DNA of 64,000 bases from Terriglobia bacterium (GCA_965223005.1 CBDCVK010000010.1:1088001-1152000); one strand, 5' to 3'; positions 1-10,289 are shown, counted from the first letter of the stretch. A program made the numbers and translations. Notes: generated by a model not told the origin, from the letters alone.

Positions 1-715
1 ATCGGTGCACCAATACCAAATGCCGACAATGGAGCCAGTGAGCAGGAGGCCGAGCCACGGAAAACTGGAGTCGAGTGGCGGCCACATGTTGAGGTGATCC
101 TTGCCCACCGTCGACAGCACGTTGTCCCATCCCCCGACCTCCACGATTCCCACGATCGTCACTGTAATCGATCCCAAAATCAGGACGACTACGTGCACCG
201 CATCTGTGTACACGATAGCCCGAAGCCCGCCGAGCATGGTGTACAGGCCCGTGAGGAGCACGACCACGAGCGCGCTGGTCCAAAACTCCACCCCCATGAG
301 CGATTGGAAGACAATCGCGCCGGCGTACACAGTGACCGATACCTTCGTGAGCACGTAAGCGATGAGCGAGATCACGGACAGAAACCAGCGCGCCTTCGGC
401 GTGTAGCGGAGCTCCAGGAACTCAGGCATCGTGAAGACCCGGCTGCGCAAGTAGAACGGCACAAAGACCCACCCCAACAGCAAGACGCACCAAGAGTGGA
501 GCTCGTATTGGCCGAGCGGCACGCCGCTGCTTGCTCCGGTGCCGGCCAAGCCCACGATGTGCTCGGAGCCGACGTTGGAGGCAAGGATGGAGGAGCCGAT
601 CACGTACCAGCCCACATGCCCGCTTGCGCATCACCCGGACGGCAATGCCCATGACAACCGCAAAGTAGAGCGCGACGACCGCCCAGTCCAAGGCTTGGAA
701 CATCTCCATCGTCAA
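1..715 (-). pseudogene. Sodium:solute symporter (SSS family), frameshifted near 620; runs off the window start
   Basis: The N-terminus LDWAVVALYFAVVMGIAVRVMRK is in one frame. HVGWYVIGSSILASNVGSEHIVGLAGTGASSG...FTMPEFLELRY...WYWCTD, which are typical SSS motifs, are in another frame. The usual DYFLAGR segment is missing at the junction. Confidence 0.8.
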
Positions 716-895
716 TGCTCTTTCTTGCGCGAGCGCCTCAGTTGATTGCCATTGGGTCGTTCATGCATGCCAAATTGTGGAAGGTTTACTGGACTTTTCC
801 TACCGGCTCGGGGTGGCAACGAGTTTCTGGACTTTCCCCATCGGCTCGGGCTCGGTCACTGGTCTGTTCGGAGGTTGCCTTTGGAAAGCCTAGTT

Positions 896-2344
896 CTACG
901 CCCTCAGGTCGTAACACAGCAGCCGCGGACCTGCCCCCGACAGTATGTCCCGAGTGTTCTGCGCCACATATAGCAGGCCCCGGCTGAGCACCGGGAACGT
1001 CCACGACTCGCGCGCCCCAAACAGCCATGTCCTCGATACCATCTTGTACCCCTTAGGTGTCAGGTCCATCCACAGCAGATGTCCCAACTCCCCCAGGCAC
1101 AGGAATTGCCCGTCCGCCGCCAGCAGCGATCCCCGGTACGTTCCGAGGAGTTCCTTCCGCCGCTTGCCTCCCACCTCAAACGTCTCCGTCCATTCCGGAG
1201 TTTCTTTCCACAGCACTTTCCCGCTCGCCGCATCCAGGCACCCCAGCGATGCGTCCGGCCGGTTCCGCCCGTCAAATCCGTACAGGTAACCTTCCTGGTG
1301 AATCGCTGTGTTGAAGTGCAGCCCGAAATCCTTCCTCGTCCACACCACCCTGGGCGTGAAGTCCGGCCGCAGCTCCAAAAGCGCGCTTCCTTTGCGATAA
1401 CTCGCCGAAACGAACACCTTGTTGTCGAATGCCACGGGGCACGACGCATTGACCGACTCATAGCTGCGGCTCCGCCATGGGAACACAAAATCCAACTTCC
1501 CGGTCGCCGGGTCAATCGACAGCAGCCCGCCCGTTGGCGGCTTCGACTCGCCTCCCGCAAACACAAACACCCGCCGCTTTCCGTGGATCACCGCCGGCAC
1601 TGGTGACGCGTAACTGGGACCCCACTGCTTCCCGGCGCGCCAGACTTCGCGACCCGTTGCCTTGTCCAGCCCCGCCACGCACGGTCCGCCCGGCGCGCCC
1701 ACGTTGACAATCAGCAGCTTGCCTTCCACCAACGGAGTCGATGCGGTCCCGAAGAAATCCTGCCGCACCTTGTAGTCGGCGGGCAGGTTCCGTTTCCAAA
1801 CCAGCTTCCCCGATTCAAGCTCCAGGCAATGCAGCTTCCCTTCGGCCCCCATCGTGTACACTCGCTCGCCATCGATGACCGGGCTCGACCGCGGACCGTT
1901 GTTATACCCGTACCGGTCCTTGTACGCGGTGGCATATCGAAACTGCCAGTGCCTCGACCCCGTATCCGGGTGCAGACACTCGACGATTTCCTCGTTCTTC
2001 AAGCGATGCAGGAGCAGGAGGCGTTCACCCGCGATGGCCGGCGACGCGTATCCGGTCCCCTTAGCAAACTCCCACACCAGCGGAGGCGGCAGCTTTCGAC
2101 TCAGCATGGTCTCCGTCGACACCGCATTGTGCGACGGCCCCAGAAACGCCGGCCAATCGTGGGTCACCGCGCCTTTCGGCAACGGTTTCGGCCGTCGGTG
2201 CACGCGGGCCTGACCGTAGGCGTCGCGCACCGCCAGCGCCCCTATTCCTATTAACAATTGCCGCCGGCTGAGTCCCGTTCTCACGCTGCCAACCCCTGCA
2301 ACACCGAACGCCATGACATCGAATGCATAATGCCCCTCTCTCAA
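896..2344 (-). CDS. PQQ-binding-like beta-propeller repeat protein (BamB-like), probable Tat signal
   Basis: DWPAFLGP, GYASPAI, GPRSSPVIDG, repeated ...GKLVW units, C-terminal LLCYDL; SRRQLL near the N-terminus. The true start is probably downstream of 2344. Confidence 0.85.
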   Translation of the reverse strand: MREGHYAFDVMAFGVAGVGSVRTGLSRRQLLIGIGALAVRDAYGQARVHRRPKPLPKGAVTHDWPAFLGPSHNAVSTETMLSRKLPPPLVWEFAKGTGYASPAIAGERLLLLHRLKNEEIVECLHPDTGSRHWQFRYATAYKDRYGYNNGPRSSPVIDGERVYTMGAEGKLHCLELESGKLVWKRNLPADYKVRQDFFGTASTPLVEGKLLIVNVGAPGGPCVAGLDKATGREVWRAGKQWGPSYASPVPAVIHGKRRVFVFAGGESKPPTGGLLSIDPATGKLDFVFPWRSRSYESVNASCPVAFDNKVFVSASYRKGSALLELRPDFTPRVVWTRKDFGLHFNTAIHQEGYLYGFDGRNRPDASLGCLDAASGKVLWKETPEWTETFEVGGKRRKELLGTYRGSLLAADGQFLCLGELGHLLWMDLTPKGYKMVSRTWLFGARESWTFPVLSRGLLYVAQNTRDILSGAGPRLLCYDLRA

Positions 2345-2366
2345 CTTATCTCTCCAATCCGTCGTT

Positions 2367-3110
2367 TTATTCTCTCATTACTTCGTAGATCCTTCGGGCC
2401 CGCAGGAAGGTCTTGATGACTTCTTGAAAGATGCGCGCCGCCGTGGGGCGTCCTTCAGCATCCCACAGACGAGCTACCAGGCGTCCCGACCGGCGTACTT
2501 CGTAATGAATGGGCACCGCCACGGTTTGGCCGGCGGATTCGAGGCGCAGCGAGGAGCGGAAACGGCCCAGGCGTTGGCTCGCCAGGCGCACAAAAAGACC
2601 CGTCGAGCCTCCGGCCACCAGCGATCGAGATTCTCCCAGCACGTCCACCGCCGCGTCGGCTCCTGACACCGAGAAGCGGTGCGGCTCTCGGGTCTGGTTG
2701 GCGAGAATCAGCAGCAGATGATGGGAGAGCTTACCCTGGGTAAGAATAACCGGTTCGGCAGGGCCCTGGGTCTGCCAACCGGAGCGGCTCAGAGTTACGC
2801 GGGCAATGCGGCTGCCTGGCAACTGCGAGTAGAGTTTCGTGAGCAGCCGTTGCATCTGGTCTGGCGCTACGTCTCGACCCCCCATCCGATGGGCTTGCCA
2901 ATAGAGTTCAATCGCTCGGGCCCGGTCGGAGGTGCTGTCCTTCATGGAATCGAGAGCGACTTCCTGAAAATGCAGGGCGAGCTGCCGGGATTCGCTTGTC
3001 CCTTCCAGAAAGGGGGATTTATGGGCGAGAAGGGTACTGAAGAGAAGCAAAAGGAGCAGAAAGATTCTTATACCCCAATCCATCATTCGGGAGGTTTTCA
3101 TCAATTTCAT
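2367..3110 (-). CDS. Secreted hypothetical protein, apparently truncated (ends just after a DAEGRPTAARI motif like those in CehA/McbA-type metallohydrolases)
   Basis: Signal-like IFLLLLLLFSTLLA and an Ig-like middle region. The motif resemblance is from recall only, and the last ~20 aa look unrelated. Confidence 0.5.
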   Translation of the reverse strand: MKLMKTSRMMDWGIRIFLLLLLLFSTLLAHKSPFLEGTSESRQLALHFQEVALDSMKDSTSDRARAIELYWQAHRMGGRDVAPDQMQRLLTKLYSQLPGSRIARVTLSRSGWQTQGPAEPVILTQGKLSHHLLLILANQTREPHRFSVSGADAAVDVLGESRSLVAGGSTGLFVRLASQRLGRFRSSLRLESAGQTVAVPIHYEVRRSGRLVARLWDAEGRPTAARIFQEVIKTFLRARRIYEVMRE

Positions 3111-3467
3111 AGCTCCTCCTCCTGTTGGATCAACGCTGATGTCTTAATCTTCCTGTAAAAGGAGCCTGGTGTATAACCTCTTTTCAATGAAGTTGTCCTG
3201 CAAAAACACTTATCGAGAAGGAGGGACACACCGGATGCAGAGGAAGGTAACACCCAGCGAGGAGTTCGAGAAGGATTTTTTTCAACGAAGAGCCGAGGGG
3301 CAAGCTTAAGGAGGGGCTTCCGCCTTTTCCGTGTGGACGTTCGTGTGGACAACGGTCGACCGCCGGGATGATCGCAGCATTCGAACTGCCAAAACGAGCC
3401 GGGATTCCCCTCCATCGTGGCCATGGCGATGTGAGCTTGGCACAAGAGGGCGACTGGCGTATCATTA

Positions 3468-3501
3468 AGTGCGCAAAGCTAAAGAGTGCGCAAAGCTAAA
3501 G
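3468..3501. repeat. Perfect 17-bp tandem duplication AGTGCGCAAAGCTAAAG x2
   Basis: Read directly; lies upstream of the radical SAM gene. Confidence 0.9.
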
Positions 3502-3556
3502 TTGAAATCGGAAATTCCGGTTCAGCAATCGGATTTCAGGGGAGAAGAATAGCTCC

Positions 3557-5176
3557 GTGCGTGTGCACTTGGTCAATCCAAATCACTTATCGTTTGGTAT
3601 AGGCGTTATTACGCCACGATGGCTCTACGTAATTGCCGCTGCTACCCCATACGCCTTCGGAGACCCCCTACTTGTCGACGAATCGCTCGAGCCAACCGAC
3701 TTCACAGAGATCAAACCGGGCGACGTGGTTGGAATCGGGATCCATAGCGGCAATGCTCTGCGCGGCTACGAAGTAGGGCAGATGGCTCGTGAGCGCGGAG
3801 CTTACGTGATCTTCGGTGGCATTCACACCAGCCTCTACCCGGAGGAAGCGTACGAGTTAGGAGGTGCACACGCAGTAGTGAAGGGCGATGGAGACGTGGT
3901 TTGGGCGAGGGTGCTGGCCGATTGCACGAACGGAGGGCCCCAGCACCTCTACGAGGGCGGGCGCATCGAGGCCGACCAGTTCCTGCCAGCGCGTTGGGAG
4001 TTGCTGCCGCCCGATAGATACATGTGGGCCTCGGTCCAAACCGTACGCGGATGCCCGAAGCACTGCTCGTTTTGTTCAGTCTGGCGCACGGACGGCCAGC
4101 GCCCACGCCAGCGTGTTTCGGACGTGATCATTCAGGAAATTGTCGAACTGCGCCGCAAGGGATTTCGGTTCATTGCGCTCGCCGACGACAACTTTTATCC
4201 GGTTACACTTGAGGACCTGAGACTGGCCGAGCGTCAGAACAACCAACAACGGCTGAGCGAGCTGCTGGCCCTGCGCGAAGAACGGTTCGAATTGATGTCG
4301 CGCCTGGCCGAGCTGCCCAAGGACATGGTGTTCTTCACGCAAATCACCATGGAGGCGGCAGACGATCCCGAATTCCTAGAGGCAATGCGCAGAGCCAAGA
4401 TCAAGGGAGCGCTGGTGGGAGTTGAATCGGTCACCCCGGAAGGACTGAAGGCTGTCCACAAGGAGTTCAACTCCGCGGGCGACAGCCTGGTTCGTCAGCT
4501 CGGCACTTTTCGGGAACACGGTGTACACGTCCTGGGCTCATTCATCTTTGGGCTCCCCACCGACCGGCCGGAAACCTTCGAGGCTACGGTCACGCTGGCC
4601 CAGGAGGCCGACTTGACCTTTGCGCAGTTCGTGCTGCTGACGCCCTTCCCCGGAACGGTGGATTTCCAGCGCTGGGAGAAAAGGATGGAGAGCGATACCA
4701 CCCGGATTGCCGGCATTCCGCTGACGCGCTACTGGCTGATTCCCCAGGCTCTTCGACCGAAGATGTACATGTCCCATCCGGTCATGTCCGCCAACGAGAT
4801 CCGTCGGCGCACCCAGGATGTTTGGGACTGTTTTTATCGCTTGCGATCGATTTGGAAGCGATCCCTCTTCATAAGGTCCTTACGTGCCCGGCTTACTTTT
4901 GTGTTGATTTCAAAACTCTACCGACAGATGTACGCCAACACCGGCATCGCCGCCGACAGCGCCCAGGTGAATCGCGCCGCTAGGTGGGCGCGGTGGCTGG
5001 CGAAACCCTGCCGACGATTGTTTCAGGCGGCCCCCATGCCGGAGTTGAAAGTGCCGCGGGGGCCGTGGCAGCAGCCGGAAGGTGCCTTAGGCGAGAAGGA
5101 CCGGGCGTCTGCTTGGCAGGATCACGCCTCTAAGGAGCGAGACCGCGGCTCAGTCAAACTTAAAGTGGACGCCTGA
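3557..5176 (+). CDS. B12-binding domain radical SAM protein
   Basis: N-terminal cobalamin-binding-like region (VIFGGIHTSLYPEE, VVKGDGD), RGCPKHCSFC (CxxxCxxC), FIALADDNF, GVES, GSFIFGLPTD, LTPFPGT. Confidence 0.9.
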   Translation: MRVHLVNPNHLSFGIGVITPRWLYVIAAATPYAFGDPLLVDESLEPTDFTEIKPGDVVGIGIHSGNALRGYEVGQMARERGAYVIFGGIHTSLYPEEAYELGGAHAVVKGDGDVVWARVLADCTNGGPQHLYEGGRIEADQFLPARWELLPPDRYMWASVQTVRGCPKHCSFCSVWRTDGQRPRQRVSDVIIQEIVELRRKGFRFIALADDNFYPVTLEDLRLAERQNNQQRLSELLALREERFELMSRLAELPKDMVFFTQITMEAADDPEFLEAMRRAKIKGALVGVESVTPEGLKAVHKEFNSAGDSLVRQLGTFREHGVHVLGSFIFGLPTDRPETFEATVTLAQEADLTFAQFVLLTPFPGTVDFQRWEKRMESDTTRIAGIPLTRYWLIPQALRPKMYMSHPVMSANEIRRRTQDVWDCFYRLRSIWKRSLFIRSLRARLTFVLISKLYRQMYANTGIAADSAQVNRAARWARWLAKPCRRLFQAAPMPELKVPRGPWQQPEGALGEKDRASAWQDHASKERDRGSVKLKVDA

Positions 5177-5265
5177 TTCGACCGCGCGTACCCCCACCCT
5201 CGCTTCCACTCCCTCCTGCACCGCCTAGACTTCTCGGAGTAGGCCGCTCGCGTTGACTTGCCTGC

Positions 5266-5475
5266 GGGGGCGAGTTCAATGGAGTTCGGCTGCTCAGCCC
5301 AAAAACCGTTGAGCTGATCACAACTGATCATATACGAGACACTCCGGGATTCGACGCGCCGGCGGGATTTGGCCTCGGGTTCAGTGTGGTTCGTGACGCA
5401 GGCGATCTCGTCGAAGTGGGCTCCGTTGGTAGCTTGGCCTGGGGCGGGTTTTGGTACACGACCTTCTTCATCGAC
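5266..5475 (+). pseudogene. C-terminal fragment of a serine hydrolase (beta-lactamase family)
   Basis: Manual translation GGEFNGVRLLSPKTVELITTDH...GFGLGFSVVRD...GSLAWGGFWYTTFFID; no start codon and no N-terminal SxxK part. Confidence 0.75.
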
Positions 5476-5590
5476 CGGCACTCCCATGAGAAGGCCCGCG
5501 AAGCCTTCCGGTTTACATCCGGGAGCTCGAAAAGCGACCACCTCCCGTCGCTCCTGGACTAGAGCGGCAAAATCCGTGGAAGGTCTTCGC

Positions 5591-6610
5591 TCAGTAGCCC
5601 TTCTGCTTATCCACAATGTTGATCAGGGGTAAGCCCTCCGTAAACCGCCGGGCGTTTTCCTTTAGCAGGGACATCCGCCGATCCCAAATCTTATCCGATT
5701 GGCCGGCAATATGGGGAGTAATGATCACGTTTCCGAATTGCCACAAGGGGTCTCCCTTGGGGAGAGGCTCAGGATCGGTGACGTCTAAGCCGGCACCAGC
5801 CAGGCGTTTTTCATCCAGTGCCTTCACCAAGGCGTTTCCGTCATAAGTCTTGCCACGAGAAACGGCAATGAAATAGGAACCTTTCTTCATCATGCCGAAC
5901 TCCTCCGGCCCCATCATACGTTCCGTCTCCGAAGTGTGCGGCGCCGCCATGAAGACGACATCGGCCTGAGGCAGTACCTCGTGCAATCGGTCGGGCAATA
6001 CCACTTTGTCCACGAAAAACATATACGGAATATCTTTGGGGTCAACTGCCAGCACTTTCATGCCAAATGCGGCGGCCCGTTGGGCAATCTGCGTACCGAT
6101 GCCCCCCAGCCCGATGATCAGCGCCGTCTTGCCATTCAATTCGATCGCACGCCCCTCACCCTGCTGCCACTCCTGCTTCATTCGCAGAGGGATAAACTCA
6201 TTCAGCCTGCGCGTGAGCGCTAGCAACATGGCCATGGCATGGTCGGCAATCTCCGGACCCTGGATGATCTTAGCGTTGGTAAGCGTGATGTTGCTGTTGA
6301 GAAGTTCGGGAAATAGATATCGCTCAACTCCTGCACTGTAAACCTGGATCCATCTGAGCTTCTTTCCAGCCCGGACTAGATCCCGATTGCAAATGCCCAT
6401 CAGCCCATCGGCATTGCCGATTTGCTGCAAGGCTTCACCAGGACTCAAAACGCTGACGAAGCTGGCGCGGGCAGCAGCCTTCAGTTCTGAAACCTGAGCA
6501 GCCGACAGACCCACGACGACAATTTTGGGCGTCCCCTGAGCGTCAGCTGCGAACGGCAGCAGCCCAAGGGCTACCCAAAAGGCGACAGAATAAAGTCTCC
6601 TCATGACCAC
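5591..6610 (-). CDS. D-2-hydroxyacid dehydrogenase (NAD-dependent) with N-terminal signal-like peptide
   Basis: IIGLGGIG Rossmann motif, VSRGK, GAGLDVTDPEPLP, IITPHIAG. Confidence 0.9.
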   Translation of the reverse strand: MVMRRLYSVAFWVALGLLPFAADAQGTPKIVVVGLSAAQVSELKAAARASFVSVLSPGEALQQIGNADGLMGICNRDLVRAGKKLRWIQVYSAGVERYLFPELLNSNITLTNAKIIQGPEIADHAMAMLLALTRRLNEFIPLRMKQEWQQGEGRAIELNGKTALIIGLGGIGTQIAQRAAAFGMKVLAVDPKDIPYMFFVDKVVLPDRLHEVLPQADVVFMAAPHTSETERMMGPEEFGMMKKGSYFIAVSRGKTYDGNALVKALDEKRLAGAGLDVTDPEPLPKGDPLWQFGNVIITPHIAGQSDKIWDRRMSLLKENARRFTEGLPLINIVDKQKGY

Positions 6611-6670
6611 CTCCCTTCATAGGAAGACGCTACCACCGTGCCACCTGAAGGGCAAGTTTGGCCGGTCCGC

Positions 6671-6927
6671 TTAGTCTGGGAGGTTCATGCGGCGCAGCAG
6701 GTCCTGGAAGCGGGGGTTGAGGATCAGTTTTGTTCAGTGGGGACGAGGCGCTTTATCTCTTCAAACCAGTTGAGCACGACGTTGATTTGCCTCAGTGCCT
6801 CCTGCTCGCTTTCCTTGATCATCAGGAACCGCTGACCGTCGGGCGTGATGTCGTAGTTTGCGAGGGACAAGGTGGCCATTTGGAATTGTTACTTCGAAGA
6901 GCAGCCTGGGAGTGCCCGCGCTGAAGG
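6671..6927 (-). pseudogene. Remnant C-terminus of a TolB-propeller Ser/Thr kinase paralog, followed by a remnant NPRFQDLLRRMNLPD* tail
   Basis: NYDITPDGQRFLMIKESEQEALRQINVVLNWFEEIKRLVPTEQN* closely resembles the C-terminus of 30326..33019; stop at 6724-6726. Confidence 0.75.
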
Positions 6928-7529
6928 ATCGTCAAATGAACGCGAGCGACGATGTGCATGTAGCCCCCTGCCGTCGCGTACCGATCTGCGGCAGCGGCCC
7001 TGATGTGAGCGAGCGCGTCGGCTTTTCGCCCGAGCGCATCGAAATGCAAACCGACATACAGGTGGGCGTAGAACTTCGATTGGCCGCCGGCGCCGGCCAT
7101 GGCCAACACCTTGTCGGGGCTGATCGCGCCTTGGAACATCTGGTAGACCTCGCGCATCGGAACGCGCGCGTCGGGTCCCACTGGCAGAAGGGCCGCCCTC
7201 GCCTTCTCGACCGATTCCGCACGCGTCACGCAGAGAAAGTGCCAGGCCGCGTTTTCCACGTCGTTCGGGTTCACGGCGCGGTGGGATTCAAACTGCGCGC
7301 GACAGTCACGGTAGCGACCTGCGTAGTACAGAGCGATGCCGCGCTGCCAGAGATAGGGCGCCTTATCAGGCACAAGCTTGGCCACATTGTCGAACTCGGC
7401 GACCGACTCCGCTACGCGGCCGCCCTGGAAATGGGCAATGGCACGATCGAGGGCACGTTCCGCCGCCGACTGTGCGTTGGCCGCGGCGGCGAACGCGAAC
7501 ATCGCCGACAGGGTGAGAATTTGGCGCAT
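6822..7529 (-). CDS. Secreted TPR protein (NlpI-like); its 3' end runs into the kinase remnant
   Basis: Likely start MRQILTLSAMFAFAAAANAQ; PYLWQRGIALYYAGRY, HRAVNPNDVENAAWHFLC, FYAHLYVGL. Confidence 0.75.
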   Translation of the reverse strand: MRQILTLSAMFAFAAAANAQSAAERALDRAIAHFQGGRVAESVAEFDNVAKLVPDKAPYLWQRGIALYYAGRYRDCRAQFESHRAVNPNDVENAAWHFLCVTRAESVEKARAALLPVGPDARVPMREVYQMFQGAISPDKVLAMAGAGGQSKFYAHLYVGLHFDALGRKADALAHIRAAAADRYATAGGYMHIVARVHLTILQRGHSQAALRSNNSKWPPCPSQTTTSRPTVSGS

Positions 7530-7578
7530 CCGGGCCGGGGTCGACGACCGGATGACGGCCGACATTTTGGCCTTCGCG

Positions 7579-7869
7579 TCAGCGGCGGAGATCGAGACAC
7601 ACGAGGGTGTTTTCGTTTCGCACATAGAAGCCTTCGAGCTGGTGCTTCTTGAGCTCTTGGATCTGAGCTTCGCTAACGGTGACACGGTCGCGGTCGAGGA
7701 CTTCTTTGATGGCGGAGTAGAACTGACGGTTGGTTCTGACCTGGTCGGGAACGGGCTGATCCCGTGGTATGGGAGCATCGTAAGGCGTCTGAGCAGCGGC
7801 GGCCACCGACAAGATGTAAAGAAGGGCAGGGATGCGTTTCATGACGCCGAACATCCTAGCACCGTCCAC
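7579..7869 (-). CDS. Small secreted hypothetical or chimeric ORF ending in a PQQ-repeat-type tail
   Basis: Signal peptide MKRIPALLYILSVAAAAQ; C-terminal FYVRNENTLVCLDLRR resembles the ends of PQQ-propeller proteins. Confidence 0.4.
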   Translation of the reverse strand: MDGARMFGVMKRIPALLYILSVAAAAQTPYDAPIPRDQPVPDQVRTNRQFYSAIKEVLDRDRVTVSEAQIQELKKHQLEGFYVRNENTLVCLDLRR

Positions 7870-8013
7870 CCTGACGGTGAAGCGTTAAACCAGCCCGTCC
7901 CTACGTCCGTAAGAGTGGTGTGGAGAAGAGCGGTCGCGATGGGTCAAAGCAATGGCCTGTTGGTGCCATGAGTCCGCACCGCGCCTGGCCTCAAGAAGGT
8001 AATATCGGCAGGT

Positions 8014-9045
8014 TTACACGATGTGAAAAGGTACGACCCGACTCTCGTTTGCAGATCGATAGATGGCCTGCATGATGGTGACGTCCCTCAAGCCATCGGC
8101 GCCGCTGGGTTCGGGGTCGCGGCGGCGGCGGATGGCATCCGCAAAGGCGTCGAGCTCGAGAGCGAACTCATCCAGTGGTCTAAACTTCTTTTCAAACCAC
8201 CGCCCACCGATCTCTCCGAACATCCGGCGCTCTATGCCGACATGGAATACCGGGTTGACAGTGGCCCAGCCTTTGTCGCCGATAACGTGGAAAAATGATG
8301 ACGCCGCGCCGCCGAAACTCGAGCTAGCCTGAAGGATGACTCCCCCGGGAAACTTGAGCTGGAATGCGATATGTTCCTCAACCTCGCGAAAGCCTGCTGG
8401 GTCGTGGGTCCATGTATAGGCGAGGGCCTCCACCGGATCCCGCCCCAAGAGCCAGCGTGATGTGTTGATGCAATAGATCCCCAGGTCGAAGAGAGAGCCG
8501 CCGCCCGCCTGTTTCTTTTCGAAGTGCCATGGCAGGGCGCCAGGTGTGCCTGGAGAGAAATTGATCGTAAACGCCGAGTGCAATAATTTCAGCCGGCCGA
8601 GTTTGCCGCTCGTAAACAGTTTCTTCAGCAGGAGCGTCGCGGGATCGAAATATTTGCGGTATGCGATCATAAGCCGGACGTTGCGGGCGCGGCAGGCTTC
8701 GATGATTTGCCGGCATTCCCCGGCCGAGTTCGCCATGGGCTTTTCGCAAAGGACGTGTTTGCCAGATTGGGCGGCTCGTATCGAGTATTCTGCATGCGTC
8801 CCGTTGGACGTGGCAATGAAAACAGCGCTCACCTTGGGGTGGTTGAGAGCAAGGGCATAGTCGTCGTACGTGTAGTAATCGCTGGCCCCGAACTTCCGCG
8901 CCAGTCGACGGGCTTTCCGCGCGTCCCCGCTTACCAGCGCCACGAGCTTGGCTTTTTTGCTGTGGCGAAAGGCCGGCAAAACGGCGACCTCCGAGATATG
9001 TCCAAGGCCAACTACCGCGTAGCCAATCCGCGTCTTAGGTGACAT
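8014..9045 (-). CDS. Gfo/Idh/MocA family oxidoreductase
   Basis: YAVVGLGHI, HVLCEKPMA, GGGSLFDLGIY. Confidence 0.92.
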   Translation of the reverse strand: MSPKTRIGYAVVGLGHISEVAVLPAFRHSKKAKLVALVSGDARKARRLARKFGASDYYTYDDYALALNHPKVSAVFIATSNGTHAEYSIRAAQSGKHVLCEKPMANSAGECRQIIEACRARNVRLMIAYRKYFDPATLLLKKLFTSGKLGRLKLLHSAFTINFSPGTPGALPWHFEKKQAGGGSLFDLGIYCINTSRWLLGRDPVEALAYTWTHDPAGFREVEEHIAFQLKFPGGVILQASSSFGGAASSFFHVIGDKGWATVNPVFHVGIERRMFGEIGGRWFEKKFRPLDEFALELDAFADAIRRRRDPEPSGADGLRDVTIMQAIYRSANESRVVPFHIV

Positions 9046-10289
9046 TTATCCCTACACCTCCCGGTCGACCGACCGCCGCCGGTCAATAGGTAGTTGCATT
9101 ATCATCCCGTTGTCAACTGGCCGCAGTAGGGGGCGTTTCGGCGGGCGGAATTTTGGGGAGGTATATATGAAAAAGCCGAGGGGCCGGCGGCTAGGCTACT
9201 CGGGGGTATTGGCCCAGCCTCAGCATAGCCGCGCAGGGGCCTTCGTGCCGCTTTTCGCCGCCGAAGAACGCTCACCTCAGGCAGACCGGATTTCATGATT
9301 GCCCTTAGCCGCGGAAATGTTGCACAGCCGTGTAAACGCGGACTGCTGCAACCTAAGCAACACACTGCGGCACGGTGTTATCCAGGTCCTGACAACCGTA
9401 TAGCTCACGGAGTTTCTTCCCGCAAGGCTAAGTAAACGCTAACCGACTCCTGAGGAACTAGCCCCGTTCCTCCTGGTGCTGGCTGGCCTCTGTCAGTCGG
9501 AAGCTAGTGAGGATTTATCTGCCAAGTCTGAGCCAACTCGGGCCATCCGGCGTCTGTTCATCCAGCCCAATCTGCAAAAACTGCCGCAAACTCTTCAGAC
9601 CGCCGCGCCGGCCGCCTGCAGGGTCTGCTGAACCGAAGTATCCCCCGTGCGCCGCAGCGCCACAATCGGTCTCCATGTCCACCGCATGCTCGGCCTTGAG
9701 AATTACTGCCGCCTGAGAAAGTATTAGCAGCGAGGCAGATTGGGGGCAGGAGGCAGACCAGACAAGTCAACGGAACGGCCAAATCGAGCGGAGATACTAC
9801 CCAGAAGAAACCATGGCGATGTGAGCTTGACTCGACAAAACGGCTGGCCTTAAGTTTTCGGGCGGAGGGAAATCTCAAATCGGAAATTCTGGTGTTACAC
9901 TTCCCTGCAGTTCTGGCCATGTGGGAGCGTCCGGGAGAGAAAGTATGGGTTGTGGCCCGACGAAGGAGGGGGTTCTACGTCCGCGCGGGAGCGGCATCCG
10001 TGCATACGGGCTTCACGGACCCACACCCGGCCCAACTGATCCGTGACATCCTCAACGACCAGAACCGGGATTCTCTCGATGAATTCCGAGTTCTGGAAAT
10101 GCCGCGCGGCTCCGCTTCTTCCAGCTACAGGAAGTGAGAATCTTATGAAGCATGGGTGGTAGCTGTTGCTGTTCAGTTCAGCAGGGCTCCGACGCCAATA
10201 TTAATGCCGTTTCCAGTGGCAATGCGGCGTTCAGGTGTTAAGGCTGAAGTCCAGGGTCGGCAGAGACGGCTTCCTTTGGAGCTACAGCG

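Noticed and set aside
3421-3470. Fluoride riboswitch (GGCGATG start)
   Set aside because: It lacks the GTTCGCC pairing and the downstream GCTGATGAC pseudoknot element.
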